Origin: Mustelus asterias
Taxonomy: Eukaryota
DNA length: 64,000 bases
Reading direction: 5' to 3'
Assembly (NCBI RefSeq): GCF_964213995.1
Contig: NW_027590536.1
Coordinates: forward strand, 186,001-250,000
In this document: positions 22,577 to 36,809 of the stretch, in pieces
How the letters are laid out: the number at the start of each line of letters is the position of its first letter
How positions within the stretch are numbered: the stretch's first letter is position 1
Translations under genes and position numbers: made by a program
The notes under the pieces: model-generated
Seen by the model: only the letters and a program-made list of their open reading frames with translations
Database searches by the model: none
What the model was told of the DNA's origin: nothing

Positions 22577-24026
22577 TGACAGGGGTTGGATTCTGCTGTT
22601 ATTGCTGCAGTTAAACACATCCAGGACTGAACCATGTTCATTCTGACAGTGGAGTGGGAGGATTGGAGTGTTTCTTTCTGCTGGACTGTGCGGTCTCACA
22701 ACTTGCCTCCAGTTGATGGTCTTTGAGTGTTGGTTGTGAAAACCTATATATTTCACATGGATCACAGAATCAAAGGGTTGTTTAGAGGGTAAAAGACATT
22801 TAGTTTACGTTTTAATGTGGAATCTGCAGGCTAAGTTGCCATAGTGATGGGCTGTGGCCATCAGAGATTTCATTTGTTGAATGTATCTGGCTGTTTCTCA
22901 CTGAAGGCAGTTACAGATTTGGTCTTGTGTAGTCGGTCTCTCTTTCGCAGTTGGTGAGGGGGGAAGAATGCGGGTTGATTTACCTGGCTCAAAGCCAGAG
23001 GGAGAAATCTCCAGTGAACCTCAGAGTGAGAGGCAGTTATCCTTGTGGCAGGAAGCAGTCAGCTTGGAAGGAGCTGAGGTGAAGCTGCGGGAGCAGGCTG
23101 GGGAAATGCAGTCGGCCTATCCAAAGTCAGGGCTGGAAGGCAGTGAGGCTCAGGCTGGAGCTGAGGATCTCACAGTCATGGGGTCTGAACGAAATTCTGA
23201 CAGGTCAAAATAACCCCAATTACCCATTAGTAATGTAGATTTCATATTGGGTAATGACAGAGCGGGCAGTATCGTGTTTCCACAACCTGGGAAAGTGGGC
23301 CACAGTTCGGAGATTATCCCTGTGAGTAAAACCTCCTCACCTATTTGTAATCCAGTTAAACAAAGAACTGATTTAAGTAGAAATACTGAAGTACCCACCC
23401 AGCGATGGACAGAACAGAGGCAGCAAAACTATCTGCAGAGACACAAATTCAACATTCTCAACAGGAAGGACTAAGAACTCAAAGTGACCCTGAAGGGTTA
23501 ATAACACCAACCATTGAATGGAGTGTGCCTGTCAGAGCTGGAACAATACAGGACACAACAGCAGGAGTTCAATCAAATACACTCAGATTGAGGAGAATGG
23601 CACCAGGGATGAGGGACTTCAGAGAGATTGGACAAACTGGAATTGTTCAGTTTTGATCATGGAGTGATTCGTACAGAGAAGGAGGCCATTCAGCCCATCG
23701 ATTCAGTGTCACCTCTCTGCAGAGGAATCCAACAAATCCCATTGCCCAATTCCATCCCTTTAATTCATCAAATTCATCCAAGTGCCCATTAAATTTCCTG
23801 TTGAAATTGTTTATTGTCTCCGCTTCCTCTACCCTTTTCAAGGTTATTCCCACTAGCTGTGGAAAAATATTCTTCCTCGCATCCTCTCCTGCCTCTCTCA
23901 ACCAAAACCTTAAATCTGCATCCCCTTCGTCCTTGTCCCATCAGTTAATGGGAACAGCTTTTCTTTTTCCACCTTATCTAAACCAGTCCGAATCTTGTCC
24001 ACTTCTGTCAAATCTCCCCTCAACCT

Positions 24027-25405
24027 CATAGAAACATAGAAAAACTACAGCACAAACAGGCCCTTCAGCCCACAAGTTGTGACGAACACATCCCTACCTT
24101 CTACACCTACCTATAACCCTCCATCCTATTACGCTCCATGTACTCATCCAGGAGTCTCTTAAAGGACCCTATCGAGTTTGCCTCCACCACCACTGACCGC
24201 AGCCGATTCCACTCGCCCACCACCCTCTGTGTGAAAAACTTACCCCTAACATCTCCCCTGTACCTACCCCCCAGCACCCTAAACCTGTGTCCTCTCATAG
24301 CAGACATTTCCACCCTGGGAAAAAGCCTCTGAGAGTCCACCCGATCTATCCCTCTCAACATCTTATACACCTCTATTAGGTCTCCTCTCATCCTTCGTCT
24401 CTCCAAGCAGAAAAGACCGAGCTCCCTCAGCCTATCCTCATAAGGCATGCCACTCAATCCAGGCAACATCCTTGTAAATCTCCTCTGCACCCTTTCAATC
24501 TTTTCCACATCCTTCCTATAGTGAGGCGACCAGAACTGAGCACAGTACTCCAAGTGTGGTCTGACGAGGGTCTTATATAACTGCATCATTATCCCCGGAC
24601 TCCTAAACTCAATCCCTCGATTGATAAAGGCCAGCACACCATACGCCTTCTTAACCACCTCCTCCACCTGCGGGGCCGATTTCAGAGTCCTATGGACCCG
24701 GACCCCAAGGTCCTTCTGATCCTCTCCAGTACTAAGAGTCTTTCCCTTTATATTGTACTCCTTCATCACCATTTGACCTACCAAAATGGACCACGACGCA
24801 TTTATCTGGGTTGAAGTCCATCTGCCACTTATCCGCCCAGTCTTGCATCCTATCTATGTCCCTCTGTAACTTCCTCCAGACATCCCTCCAGAGTATCCAC
24901 AACCCCACCAACCTTTGTGTCGTCGGCAAACTTACCAACCCATCCCTCCGCTTCCTCATCCGGGTCATTTATGAAAATGACAAACAGCAAGGTTCCCAGA
25001 ACAGATCCCTGGGGCACACCACTGGTGACCGACCTCCATTTAGAAAAAGACCCATCTATACCCACTCTCTGCCTCCTTTGGGAAAACCAGTTCTGGATCC
25101 ACCGGGCAGCAGCCCCTTGGATCCCATGCCCTCTCACTTTTTCTAGAAGCCTTGCATGGGGGACCTTATCGAACGCCTTGCTAAAATCCATATAAACCAC
25201 ATCTACCGCCTTCCCTTCGTCAATGTGTTTAGTCACATTTTCGAAGAACTCCACCAGGCTCGTAAGGCACGATCTGCCCTTGACAAAGCCATGCTGAGTA
25301 TTCTTGAGCATACTAAACCTCTCTCAATGCTCATATATCCTGTCCCTCAGGATCTTCTCCATCAGCTTACCAACCACTGAGGTTAGACTCACCGGTCGGT
25401 AATTA
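24027..25405 (-). mobile_element. CR1 LINE, 5'-truncated
   Basis: RT motifs [17 protein letters not shown] and FADD across frameshifted ORFs; CATAGAAA-repeat tail. Confidence 0.93.
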
Positions 25406-25409
25406 CCTG

Positions 25410-25700
25410 GGCTATCCCTATTCCCCAAAAGATGTTTGAATCTTTTTCTACAGACACACTTACAATCAGGATCTGATGAATGGAGTGACTCTGGCAGGTT
25501 TTGGTCTGATGTCTGGTTTGAGTTTCCCTTCAAATTTTGTCGTCAAATTTCCTGTAAAAAAGATCATCACTGTCAGTCAAGAATAGAAATTAAGCGAGAA
25601 ACATTTCTCTTGGGTTGAGTTTTCTGTGTGTAAATCCTCCCCTTCTAACTCCCTGTAAAAGGAGTTTCCAAAGTCCATCCCTGCCAGTCCAGGAGAGAAA
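25410..25700 (-). pseudogene. Orphan ZNF acceptor/leader remnants
   Basis: TTTTACAG|GGAGTTAGAAGGGGAGGATTT resembles ZNF exon starts at about 50645 and 63322; no finger array follows (CR1 lies there instead). Confidence 0.5.
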
Positions 25701-25724
25701 TTCACAACATTCTCTCCTCCTGCT

Positions 25725-26110
25725 GACAGGGAGCACCGCGCATGCGCACTATTGCCCATCGCCCCGAGAAAGATGGCCTCCATCAACTCGGGGCCTCTGA
25801 ACTCAGGCATCTGCGGTCGCGGCCCCGAATGGTAGGAACGCGGCACTGAGCAGTTATTATTCGGGTTCTCCTGTCTCCACTGGATGCTTATGAAGCCCCC
25901 CCCATCCACCCCACCGCCTGCATTACCCTCCAGAATAAGCCGTTTCCCTGGAAACCCGGAGCCGATATAACCGCCTCCCCGCTACTGCGGCAGCAACATC
26001 CACTGCGCATGCACTTTGGATCTACAGTACGCATGCGCAAAGTTTGCTGTAAGGATAGATCATATTCTGATTCACTGTGAATGCTGGGTAAGATAGCCAC
26101 CATTGAAGTA
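25725..26110. promoter_or_regulatory. CpG-rich promoter-like region
   Basis: GCGCATGCGC (NRF1), AAGATGGC (YY1-like) and AATGCTGGGTAA (ZNF143-like); homologous to 46040-46445. Confidence 0.6.
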
Positions 26111-26474
26111 TGTTATTGCATTAAAAAAATATGTTTTGTGATTCAATTACAACTGAAGCCAAAGCACCAAGGTACAAAATGAAAATAACGAATACAGCAG
26201 CTAATGTCAACAGGCACCACAGCTCTGTCCTGAGTTTAATTAATAGCGGAACAAACCTCTACACCTAAAGATGAACTCCTTGGAGTGTCAGCTGGTGTAA
26301 CGAACTGATTGATTTACCATCCACCCCCTCTCCACACGCACACACACACACACACACACGGACTTGACAATAAGAATGAACTCATGGTTGATCAAATCCT
26401 TTGAACTTTTAAATATGTTAACAGAAGGGGAAAATGAATAAATCCATTTACACACATAACATATCTCATCGAAA

Positions 26475-26813
26475 TCATAGAAACCCTACAGTGCAGAAGG
26501 AGGCCATTCGGCCCATCGAGTCTGCACCGACCGCAATCCCACCCAGGCCCTACCCCCACATATTTTTACCCGCTAATCCCTCTAACCTACGCATCCCAGG
26601 ACTCTAAGGGGCAATTTTTTTTTTTAACCTGGCCAATCAACCTAGCCCGCACATCTTTGGACTGTGGGAGGAAACCGGAGCACCCGGGGGAAACCCACAC
26701 AGACACGAGGAGAATGTGCAAACTCCACACAGACAGTGACCCGAGCCAGGAATCGAACCCGGGACCCTGGAGCTGTGAAGCAGCAGTGCTAACCACTGCG
26801 CTACCGTGCCACC
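26475..26813 (-). mobile_element. HE1-like V-SINE
   Basis: Full head, V-domain and tail. Confidence 0.9.
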
Positions 26814-26923
26814 CAGATGGTCTCTTTCTGGTGTGGCTGTGCTGCTGTCAATAGGATAACTGACCACTTACATTCCAGAACTGACTGAGTCAGCACTGCC
26901 CTATTTCCAAGACCAACATTGAG

Positions 26924-27231
26924 GGGCAGCACAGTGGTTAGCACTGCTGTCTCACAGCGCCTGGGACCCGGGTTCTATTCCCAGCTTGGGTCACTGTCTG
27001 TGTAGAGTTTGCACATTCTCCCTGTGTCTGCGTGGGTTTCCTCTGGGTGCTCTGGTTTACTCCCACACTTCAAAGATATGCGGGTTAAGTGGATTGGCCA
27101 TGCTAAAAATTGTCAGGGGGACTAGCTAGGGTTAATGCCTGGGGTTATGGAGATAGGGCGTGGGTGGGATTGTGGTTGGTCCAGACTCGTTGGGCTGAAT
27201 GGCCTTCTTCTGCACTGTAGGATTCTATGAT
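26924..27231 (+). mobile_element. HE1-like V-SINE
   Basis: Head, V-domain and TTCTATGA tail. Confidence 0.85.
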
Positions 27232-28939
27232 CCTTGAAAAGGTACGAAATCAACTGCATAACTGCAAATAGTTTTATTTCCAAAACTGTATGAGAATTCC
27301 CACCTGACTCTATTGATTCAAGGAAACTTTGTTAATTTTAAAAATGTCCATGAATACTGCAGAGGCTTCGGCAACTCTTCCGATGTTGTTGTTTGTTAAC
27401 TCAGATTTTTCAGAAAGAGAATTGAACAATCGTTTGAAAGGAGAAATAATGCACGTTTTTATGAAAGGGAATGATATTAGGACTAATTGTATAACTGTTT
27501 GAAAATAAGCACAGACATGATGTGTGTCCTCATGAGCTGTTATTTCACGATTCTATTGTTAGATCAATGTCTCTCCAACATTCCAAAATATCCAGTCCGA
27601 ATTCTATCTCTGCAAATCAAGGTCACGAACTACAGCATGACGACACAGTTTGAAATACTCTGCAGTCCCTTTGAGATGCTGACCGTGACGTGTGTCTGTC
27701 GTGTACTGATTATCATTCACCTCACACTCTGAAAGATCCCCAGTTGAAAGTGAGAGGGGGAAAGTTTAAAAGAGATGTAAGGGGGAAGTTTTCCAAGAAT
27801 GGTAAATTTGTGGAACTCGCTGCCCCACAGCATGGTGGAGTCTGAATCGTTGAATGGTTTCAAGGAGGAGATAGATATATTTCTGACACAAAAAGGGATG
27901 AAAGATATGGGGAACAAGTGGGGGGATCGATTTGAGACCAGGGAGAGATCAGCCATGATCTGATTGAATCGTGGAGCAGGCTCTAAGGGCTGAAATTGAC
28001 CTACTTCTGTTCCTATAAATACAAGTTAAGTGAGAGTTTATTGGTCACAAGTAGGCTAACATTAAAATGCAGTGAAGTTACTGTGAAAATCCCCTAGTTA
28101 TTACTGTATCACAGCAGCTCGTTTGCACAATGTGACTGAACCATCACATCAATACTTGGAGTAAATGACTGGGCTGAGACCTGGCTTGAATAAAATCATG
28201 AGGATCACTTATCATCACAGAATCTGAGAAATTTACAGCACAGGATGCCATTCAGCCCATCATGCCTGTGCCAGGTGAAAATGAGCTATCCAGTTTAGTC
28301 CCACTTTCCAGGTATAGGTTGACGGCCCTATAGGACACAGCATGTCAAGTCCATACCTGAATACCTCTTGCATGTGAACATTTCTGTCTCCACCACCCTT
28401 TCAGAGAGTGAGTTTGATTCCCCACCACCCTCTGGGTGAAAACATCTCCACGTTTTTCTAATCCTTCTGCCAATTGCTTTACCTCTCTGCCCCTTAGATC
28501 TTGACATCTCCGTTAAGGAACTAGGACCTTCTGAGCCACACTCTCTGGCTAACCACCCCCTAACTAGAATGGTGCTGAGTACTCTAGCTGTGATCTAGCT
28601 AGTGTTTTTAGTAGTTCCAGGATAACCGCTCTCTCACCTTACATTGATTCAGTATAATGGAAACTGGGAGTTGCAACCTGTCAGCATTTGAAAGATATTC
28701 ATAAATGATTGGAGGGTTTCTTACAGTTGGGATCTTTCTCTGTTCTGTCCACTCGATGAGTGAGATAAGACTTTCTCCTGTGAATATCCAGCTGGAGTTT
28801 GGGCCCTGATGTGTTTCCTTGTTCATCTTGTTGACTCTAAATATTGAATCTTGTGGTTTCAGACACCAGCTAATCAAACTCCCAACAAAAGATTGTCTTT
28901 TACTAATTGTATTAATAGCACTGCAATAATACAGAGTAT

Positions 28940-29262
28940 AGTTACCCCATCCAGAGAACAGGGAGAATTTGATGGGAGAGTCCGATGTGGGATCGACACG
29001 GACATCCACAGAACTGGCAGTTCATGATGTTGTTGTTAATGCTCAAGGGGGATGGGGGGAGCTCTGCGGCTCCGCTCCACCTCTGGTCTTGCTCTGCGGC
29101 TCCGCTCCACTTCTGATCTTCCTCTGGATACCTCGGATGTTGAGAGTTTGGTGATGATGGTCCTTGAAACTGAACCAAATTTCAGTGCTGCCCCCACACA
29201 TGCCGGTCGCCACAGTGTTTTCCCGAGAGAGGTGGTCCACAGTGCAGAAGTTTGTGAGGATA
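28940..29262 (-). mobile_element. Possible RTE-clade LINE 3' remnant
   Basis: CQFCGCPCRSHIGLSH resembles the RTE C-terminal CxxCxxxCxSxIGLxSH motif; contains a 30-bp tandem duplication at about 29060-29120. Confidence 0.45.
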
Positions 29263-29751
29263 TATTTTACGGGGTCCGTGTGTCATTTGTATTGACCACC
29301 TTGATGTTGTTTGTCCTGAGACAGTCTCCCATCGGGAAACTTCAACACATTGGACTTGGTCTCTTGAAATAAGTCATGAATATGGATTGTTAATAAACTC
29401 CTGTCCTGCTTCTTGAGCTGTCCCCTTAATAAGAACCTGCCAACCTGAAAATGACACATCAATCCCTTCTCTTTGTCCTTTAACAACTCCTTTACCAATG
29501 CTAATATTTCACCCCCAGTGACATGGGCCCTTATCCTGTGCAACAACCTTGTGTATGGCACCTTATCAAATAGCTTTTAGAAATTCAATCATACAAATAT
29601 TCTCTGGTTCCCCTTTATCTAACCTGTTAGTTACCTCCTCAACAAATTCTACTCGATTTGTCAAATTCTTTCATAAACCAATGTTCACTTTAGAACACAT
29701 GTTCTAATTTTCTAATTGTATTGTTATCACTTCCTTAATGATAGATTCCAT

Positions 29752-29975
29752 TAAGGGATTCATTAATTCATCCAACCTTCTGATACACCAGCAGCTCCAT
29801 ACAGGGGATTGACCGTTCACCTGCTCTGTCTGTGGGAAGGGATTTTCTCATTTATCTTATTTTCTGAAACACCAGCGAGTTCACACTGGGGAGAGGCCGT
29901 TCACCTGTAATGTCTGTGGAAAGGGATTTATTCAGTCATCCCACCTGCTAACACACCGGCGAGTTCACAAGGGAC
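29752..29975 (+). pseudogene. Orphan ZNF fragment (about 3 fingers)
   Basis: KGFINSSNL..., CSVCGKGF...[16 protein letters not shown]; includes a stop and a frameshift and has no 5' part. Confidence 0.8.
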
Positions 29976-30934
29976 TGCAAGGTTTGGATTCTACACTTAT
30001 TGATGCTGTTAATCATATTCAGGTCTGAATCATCTTCACTCTGACTTTTTTCTTCTGTTGAGGTTTGATATTCTGAATAAATGTGAAATCGACATTTGAT
30101 TGAATCATTGTTGTAGATTTTTGTCTTTTCCATTTGAGTGTTTAACATCACCAGGCTGGAGCTCAGAAAGGGCAATCTGAGGGAGGATCATACAGTAGGA
30201 ACAGAACTTCATTCTTGACACAGTCCTTCAGGGTCACGCTGAGAGGGACAAACAGCACTTTGGTCTTTTTCGTCACTTTTCACTGACAGCAAAGTCCCCG
30301 CGTGGGTGAATCCTGAGGTGTGTAAAAAATGTGTCCCAGTCGTTCTTTTCCATGGTTCCGAGCTCCTAGACACGGAAAAGAAGCTCCTTTACAACTGTGT
30401 TTAGAGTCAGGAAGAACAATGGTGAATGCTGGAAACGTGCTGTCAAAGATTGGTGTAAAACTGGGATCTATTCCTGACTGAGAGTGAAACGGCAGGTTTA
30501 GGTTTCCAGACTAAAAATGCAAAAAAGTCTAAAACATTTTAATGTGTGTGTGTCAGTCCTGGTTTATTGAACAGAAACTGGCTTAAAATAAATTGGTTGA
30601 AGTCTGCATCAAAGTAGCAGCTGGAGACGTTCAAAGGAGCCTGTTAACTGCTGGGACAATTAGACAACAATTTGATTCCCAGATAGAGAAGGAGCTGCAG
30701 TGTGTGTCCAAGAATTCTCAGTTTTGTTGTGTGCTTCCCATCCACTATCCTTCTAAATAAACCTCACTCCTATCAGCCTTTAACCATTATGAACAGAACA
30801 GAGAGAAGCTGAGCAGCATCAGAGTCCTGACTGACCATTTCAGAATGAGTGATGTATTCAGCTGAAGTTTCCTGTTGGTAGTTTTCTGGGTGATCTCCTT
30901 ATTTTGATCATTCTCAGTGATCCCTGGGTGTGAA

Positions 30935-31400
30935 CCTGCTCTCCTCTCTTTCAGACATTCACTCACTTAACATCTCCTCTCTCTCAGAAACTCAATCACT
31001 TAACATCTCTCATCTCTCTCACACTCACTGAACGTCACTCTCTCTCTCCAGGCATTCACTCACACTTACCTCACCTTCCACCTCTCTTACACTCTCACCT
31101 CGCTCCTCTCTTACACTCTAACCTCTCTCCTCTCAGAAACTGTCTTCGTCACTTAATGTCTCTCTATCTTTCTTTCAAACACTCACTCATTTAACCTTCG
31201 TATTTCAGATCTGCTTAAACTTATTCATTGTTTTCTCTCTCTCATTATCTCTCTTTGAAAAAGCACAAACACACTTCATCTCTCTTCGCTGTCTGAGAAA
31301 ATATCTAATTGATGGAGATTCAGTCCTCTCTGTTTCTCTCTCCCACTTCCTCTGACAGCCCCTGACTCACTTTAAATCCCCTCTTTTCTGATAACCCTCT
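30935..31400. repeat. CT/CA-rich low-complexity tract
   Basis: Degenerate CACTCACTTAACATCTC units with pyrimidine bias. Confidence 0.6.
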
Positions 31401-31760
31401 TTGGGAAAACTCATTTGTTCTCTAATTCCTCCTCATTTCGCCCAGTGATGACCCTCAGTCCATCTCCCAATTCAGTGAATGTGTTAAAAATCCAATTAAT
31501 CTCCTTTCTTTATTGTTTAAAATGGGAATGGAGGTGAATGTAATGCTGAGACCAGTAGCAATCTGTGTGGTTGTTCTTGATGCTGTCAGAGTGAGTTCAC
31601 CCTCACAGGAAGGAAGACTGTTCACGGTGATAACATCAAACTGACGCCGGCTGTTTCATTCTCAGGTAACACAACTTCCTGTTTCTCTGCTGCCGGTTCA
31701 AAAACGCACATCTCACTTCTGAGCAGAAAATAAATCCAGGCACAACAATCTGGTGAGAAC

Positions 31761-32117
31761 GGGCGGCACGGTAGCACAGTGGTTAGCACTGCTGCTTCAC
31801 AGCTCCAGGGACCTGGGTTTGATTCCCAGCTCGGGTCACTGTCTGTGCGGAGTTTGCACATTCTCCTCGTGTCTGCGTGGGTTTCCTCCTGGTGCTCCGG
31901 TTTCCTCCCACAGTCCAAAGATGTGCGGGTTAGGTTGATTGGCCAAACTCAATTGCCCCTTAGTGTTCCGGGATGCGTAGATTAGAGGGATTAGCGGGTA
32001 AATATGAGGGTTAGGGGTATTAGCGGGTAAATATGTAGGGATATGGCCTGGGTGGGATTGTTGTCGGTGCAGACTTGATGGGCCGAATGGCCTCTTTCTG
32101 CAGTAGGGTTTCTATGG
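31761..32117 (+). mobile_element. HE1-like V-SINE
   Basis: Full-length, with an internal TTAGCGGGTAAATATG duplication. Confidence 0.9.
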
Positions 32118-33881
32118 TTTATTAACAGTTCTATGTTTATAACATCTGTCAATGCGGCCTTTATCTGTCCACAGAGTCAGGGCAGAGTCACACAGGTCAC
32201 TTTGTGGTGACATTTACAAATGAGCCTGTTATTTCTGTTCAGAGTTTCCATTCCCCGGATATAACCGGCTGTGTTTGTGGATCAGTTACTGAGTTCCCTC
32301 TGCTCCCCATAGCCAGGAACTGATAGCCTGCTCCCTCATATTGTATATCATTCTCTCTGTATTGCTTGTTTCCTCTGTTTCTCAGCTTTTATCTTTGACC
32401 ACCTCATCTTTCTGCTTTTTAAAATCTCTCTCAGTTCTTCTCTCAGTCTTTCTGTCTCTCCCTTCCTCTGTAACTTTCTCAGGCTCTGATTGTTCCTATC
32501 TAATCGAGATGTTCAAAATCATGAAGAGTTTCTGATTGATTACAGAGGGAAAAACAGGGAGAAAAGCAGAAAAACACGGCAGATCCGGCGGCATCTGTTC
32601 AGAGAGTTAACATTTTGAGTCCATATAATTCTTCAGGGCAGGAAAAACATGGGTTATCCATCTTAGATCAGGGAATGTGCTGGGGAGATTTAATAGAGGT
32701 GTTTAAAATGACAAATGATTTATGGTAGTGTCAATGGAGAGAAATTATCTCCCAGGAGCAGGAGGGTCTGTCGATGGAGAGAATCGATTTCCCCGGTGCA
32801 GGAGGGTCTGTAAGCAGAGGACACAGAGATTTAATTTAATTGACAACAGAATTGGAGGGGATGATAAGGAGAATGTTTTACACAATAACTTGATATGATC
32901 TGGAATGCACAAACTGACAGGTGCTAGAAGCAAGTTTAATAGTAGCTTTCAAAGGGAATTGGATAAATACTTGCAGAGGATAAATTGGCAAAGTTATGGT
33001 GAATGGGATTAATTAGACAGTTCACTCATCTTTGTGACATTCTGAATGTATCTCTCCTCAGGTTTTAATATTTGATCTTTTCGATTATAATGTGTCTCAA
33101 ACAGAAGATTAAAATATTGGGTTTGATGAGCTGTCAGATCTCTTTCCTGTGTGTCTGTGTAACTTGAGAACTGGAGATGACCATGAGGAGGAACTGATTA
33201 TTTTCAGTTCCTCTAACAGATACACCTCAGATATCAGAAATCCCTGGAGTTTCCCATGTCCTCATTATTCTCGCCTCGACTATAACAGCTCTCAGTCAGG
33301 CCGAGTCAGTCACATGTGTCTCTGTCATGATGTTTCCACTTGTATTTTATCACTCACCTCCCAGTGACACTCACCATAACACAGACACCTTAAAATATCA
33401 TTGTTCCCTTGCACTTTGTCCTCCTATTATAATCAAATGTTTGTTGGGCCTCTTGTCTCCCTTAATGTCAGATTACCTGCAGTTAAAATGACCTCAGAGA
33501 CACTGAAACTGCAGTTGTAAAATACAGCAGAATTGGAATAACAGATAGGTTATTGTCTGATACTGACAGTGGCAGAGTAACACACACCGGAATCTAAATA
33601 CATTATATCAATAGACCACGACTCACTCACACTATCAAATGAAACCTAAACTTTGGTTATGGTGCACGAGATACTGACTGTATCACCATTACATTGGATC
33701 TAATGCTGTGTTCACTAACATACTGCAATGTGACTCTAAATATTTTAACAAACATTGTATTTGTTACACTCAGAGTAAGTCAGTGCTTTGCTGTGTTGTC
33801 TCTGTGCCCCATCTCCACTCTGAATGAATTGGAGCCTGTGTGTGTCATTGTTACACTGAGACTCTGTCACTGTTATTACTA

Positions 33882-35646
33882 ATGTGGAGATGCCGGCGTT
33901 GGATTGGGGTAAACACAGTAAGAAGTTTAACAACACCAGGTTAAAGTCCAACAGGTTTATTTGGTAGCAAAAGCCACAAGCTTTCGGAGTCTTAAGCTCC
34001 TTCTTCAGGTGAGTGGGAATTCTGTTCACAAACAGGGCATATAAAGACACAGACTCAATTAACAGAATAATGGTTGGAATGCAAATACTTACAGCTAATC
34101 AAGTCTTAAAGGTACAAACAATGTGAGTGGAGACAGCATCAAGACAGGCTAAAGAGATGTGTATTCATAGAATCATAGAAACCCTACAGCACAGAAAGAG
34201 GCCATTCAGCCCATCGAGTCTGCACTGACCACAATCCCACCCAGGCCCTACCCCCATATCCCTACATATTTACCCACTAATCCCTCTAACCTATGCATCT
34301 CAGGACACTAAGGGCAATTTTAGCACGGCCAATCAACCTCACCCGCACATCTTTGGACTGTGGGAGGAAACCGGAGCACCCGGAGGAAACTCACGCAGAC
34401 ACGAGGAGAATGTGCAAACTCCACACAGACAGTGACCCAAGCCGGGAATCGAACCCAGGTCCCTGGAGCTGTAAAGCAGCAGTGCTAACCACTGTGCTAC
34501 CGTGCCGCCCCACTGTCCAGACAGGACAGCCAGTGAGACTCTGCAAGTCCAGGCAAGTTGTGGGGATTACAGATAGTGTGACATGAACCCAATATCCCGG
34601 TTGAGGCCGTCCTCATGTGTGCAGAACTTGGCTATCAGTTTCTGCTCAGCGACTCTGCGCCGTCGTGTGTCGTGAAGGCCGCCTTGGAGAATGCTTACCC
34701 GAATATCAGAGGCCGAATGCCCGTGACCGCTGAAGTGCTCCCCAACAGGAAGAGAACAGTCTTGCCTGGTGATTGTCGAGTGGTATTCATTCATCCGTTG
34801 TCACAGCGTCTGCATGGTTTCCCCAATGTACCATGCCTCGGGACATCCTTTCCTGCAGCGTATCAGGTAGACAACTTTGGCCGAGTTGCAAGAGTATGTA
34901 CCGTGTACCTGGTGGATGGTGTTCTCACGTGAGATGATGGCATCTGTGTCGATGATCCGGCACGTGTTGCAGAGGTTGCTGTGGCAGGGTTGTGTGGTGT
35001 CGTGGTCACTGTTCTCCTGAAGGCTGGGTAGTTTGCTGCGGACAATGGTCTGTTTGAGGTTGTGCGGTTGTTTGAAGGCAAGAAGTGGGGGTGTGGGGAT
35101 GGCCTTGGCGAGATGTTCGTCTTCATCAATGACATGTTGAAGGCTCCAGAGGAGATGCCGTAGCTTCTCCGCTCCGATGAAGTACTGGACGACGAAGGGT
35201 ACTCTGTCCACCTTGTCCCGTGTTTGTCTTCTGAGGAGGTCGGTGCGGTTTTTCGCTGTGGCGCGTCGGAACTGTCGATCGATGAGTTGAGCGCTATATC
35301 CTGTTCTTATGAGGGCATCTTTCAGCGTCTGGAGGTGTCTGTTGCGATCCTCCTCATCCGAGCAGATCCTGTGTATACGGAGAGCTTGTCCGTAGGGGAT
35401 GGCTTCTTTAACGTGTTTAGAGTGGAAGCTCTCCACTCACATTGTTTGTACCTTTAAGACTTGATTAGCTGCAAGGATTCGCATTCCAACCATTATTCTG
35501 TAAATTGAGTCTGTGTCTTTATATGCTCTGTTTGTGAACAGAATTCCCACTCACCTGAAGAAGGGGCTTGAGGCTCCGAAAGCTTGTGTGACGTTTGCTA
35601 CCAAATAAACCTGTTGGACTTTAACCTGGTGTTGTTAAACTTCTTC
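33882..35646 (-). mobile_element. Penelope-like element with GIY-YIG endonuclease and inverted terminal repeats
   Basis: ORF 34801..35436 has IPYGQALRIHRICS and VVYLIRC...WYIGET; about 33920-34130 is inverted relative to about 35435-35646. Confidence 0.92.
34166..34510 (-). mobile_element. HE1-like V-SINE nested in Penelope
   Basis: Full SINE splitting Penelope GATGTGTATT|GTCCAGAC. Confidence 0.9.
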
Positions 35647-35669
35647 CTGTGATTATTGGACAAGCAGCA

Positions 35670-36110
35670 AATCACCGTCACAATGCCCGGCTGATTGACG
35701 GCAGCGCGGACCAATGGGAAGAGGGGACAGTGCTGGAGGACCGACTTGGAGCGGTCGGTCCTCCAACCAATGGGAGCGAAAGAGGGGCGGGGCCGGCTTT
35801 GACTGGAGCATGCGCAGTGTGAGTAATGGCGATGGGAAACGGCTTTTGTTCTGGGCTCGGAAATCTGTTAGAGGTGATTGGAGGTACGGAGAGAGCAATG
35901 GATCGTCCAGGTGGGTGGAAACGCTGCGTAAGCATGTTGTGTCAGCCGCAAACCGCGGAAGAGAACTTCTCGGACCCAGTTTGTACCGAGAAGGGCTGCA
36001 GCTCCTCGTGTTCGTCCCGGGTTAACGTTCGCCATCTTTATTGGGGGCAATATGCAGCAGTGCGCACGTGCGGCCGCCATGTTTGTAGAGGGCAATGTTG
36101 TCAATCAGTG
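35670..36110. promoter_or_regulatory. CpG-rich promoter-like region, probably upstream of ZNF gene E
   Basis: CCAAT boxes, GC box, GCATGCGCA and CGCCATCTT (YY1); inverted homolog at about 54810-54965. Confidence 0.62.
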
Positions 36111-36809
36111 GGAGGGGCTTGTTCCCCAGTGTTCAGAATGGAGACAACTTGTCCATCAAACTGCATCAACCCTGAGTCCCAATGTCTTATTGATGAGGCA
36201 GAGCGGTGGCAGAGAAGGAAAAAGAAAGGAAAATAAAAACAATAAATGCTGGAAAATCTCAGCAGATCTGACAGCATCTGTGGAGAGAGAATAGAACCAA
36301 CGTTTCGAGACTGGATGACCCATAGTCAGGGCTTGTACACGTGTAAACAGAGCATGTAAACTTTGACACCTCCATGTACCCTTGTACACCTCTATCAATC
36401 TACTTTGCTCCAAGGAGAACAACCCCAAGTTCATAGAATCATAGAAATAACCCCAAGAATCATAGAAATAACCCCAAGTTATCCAGCCTAACATTGTAAC
36501 TATAATTCCTCATCCCTGAAACCATTTTGATAAATCTCCTCTGCACCCTGTCAAGGAGCCTCACATCCTCCATAATGTGTGGTGATCACTGGTTTGCACA
36601 GACCCAGGTATTCTGTGTTCCTGTCTGTGATCTCATCGCATACTTACAATTGCACAGTGACATCACCCCCGCTCCCCGGGGATTTCCTCAACTGGGAGAT
36701 TTTTCTCTGATGCCAATGCTTCTGATATCTTTCCAGCTGCAGGCTCCAGCAGGAGATTTTAATATTAAAATCAGTTAAATTGTTTCAGAGGTGAGTGTTT
36801 CTGACCATT

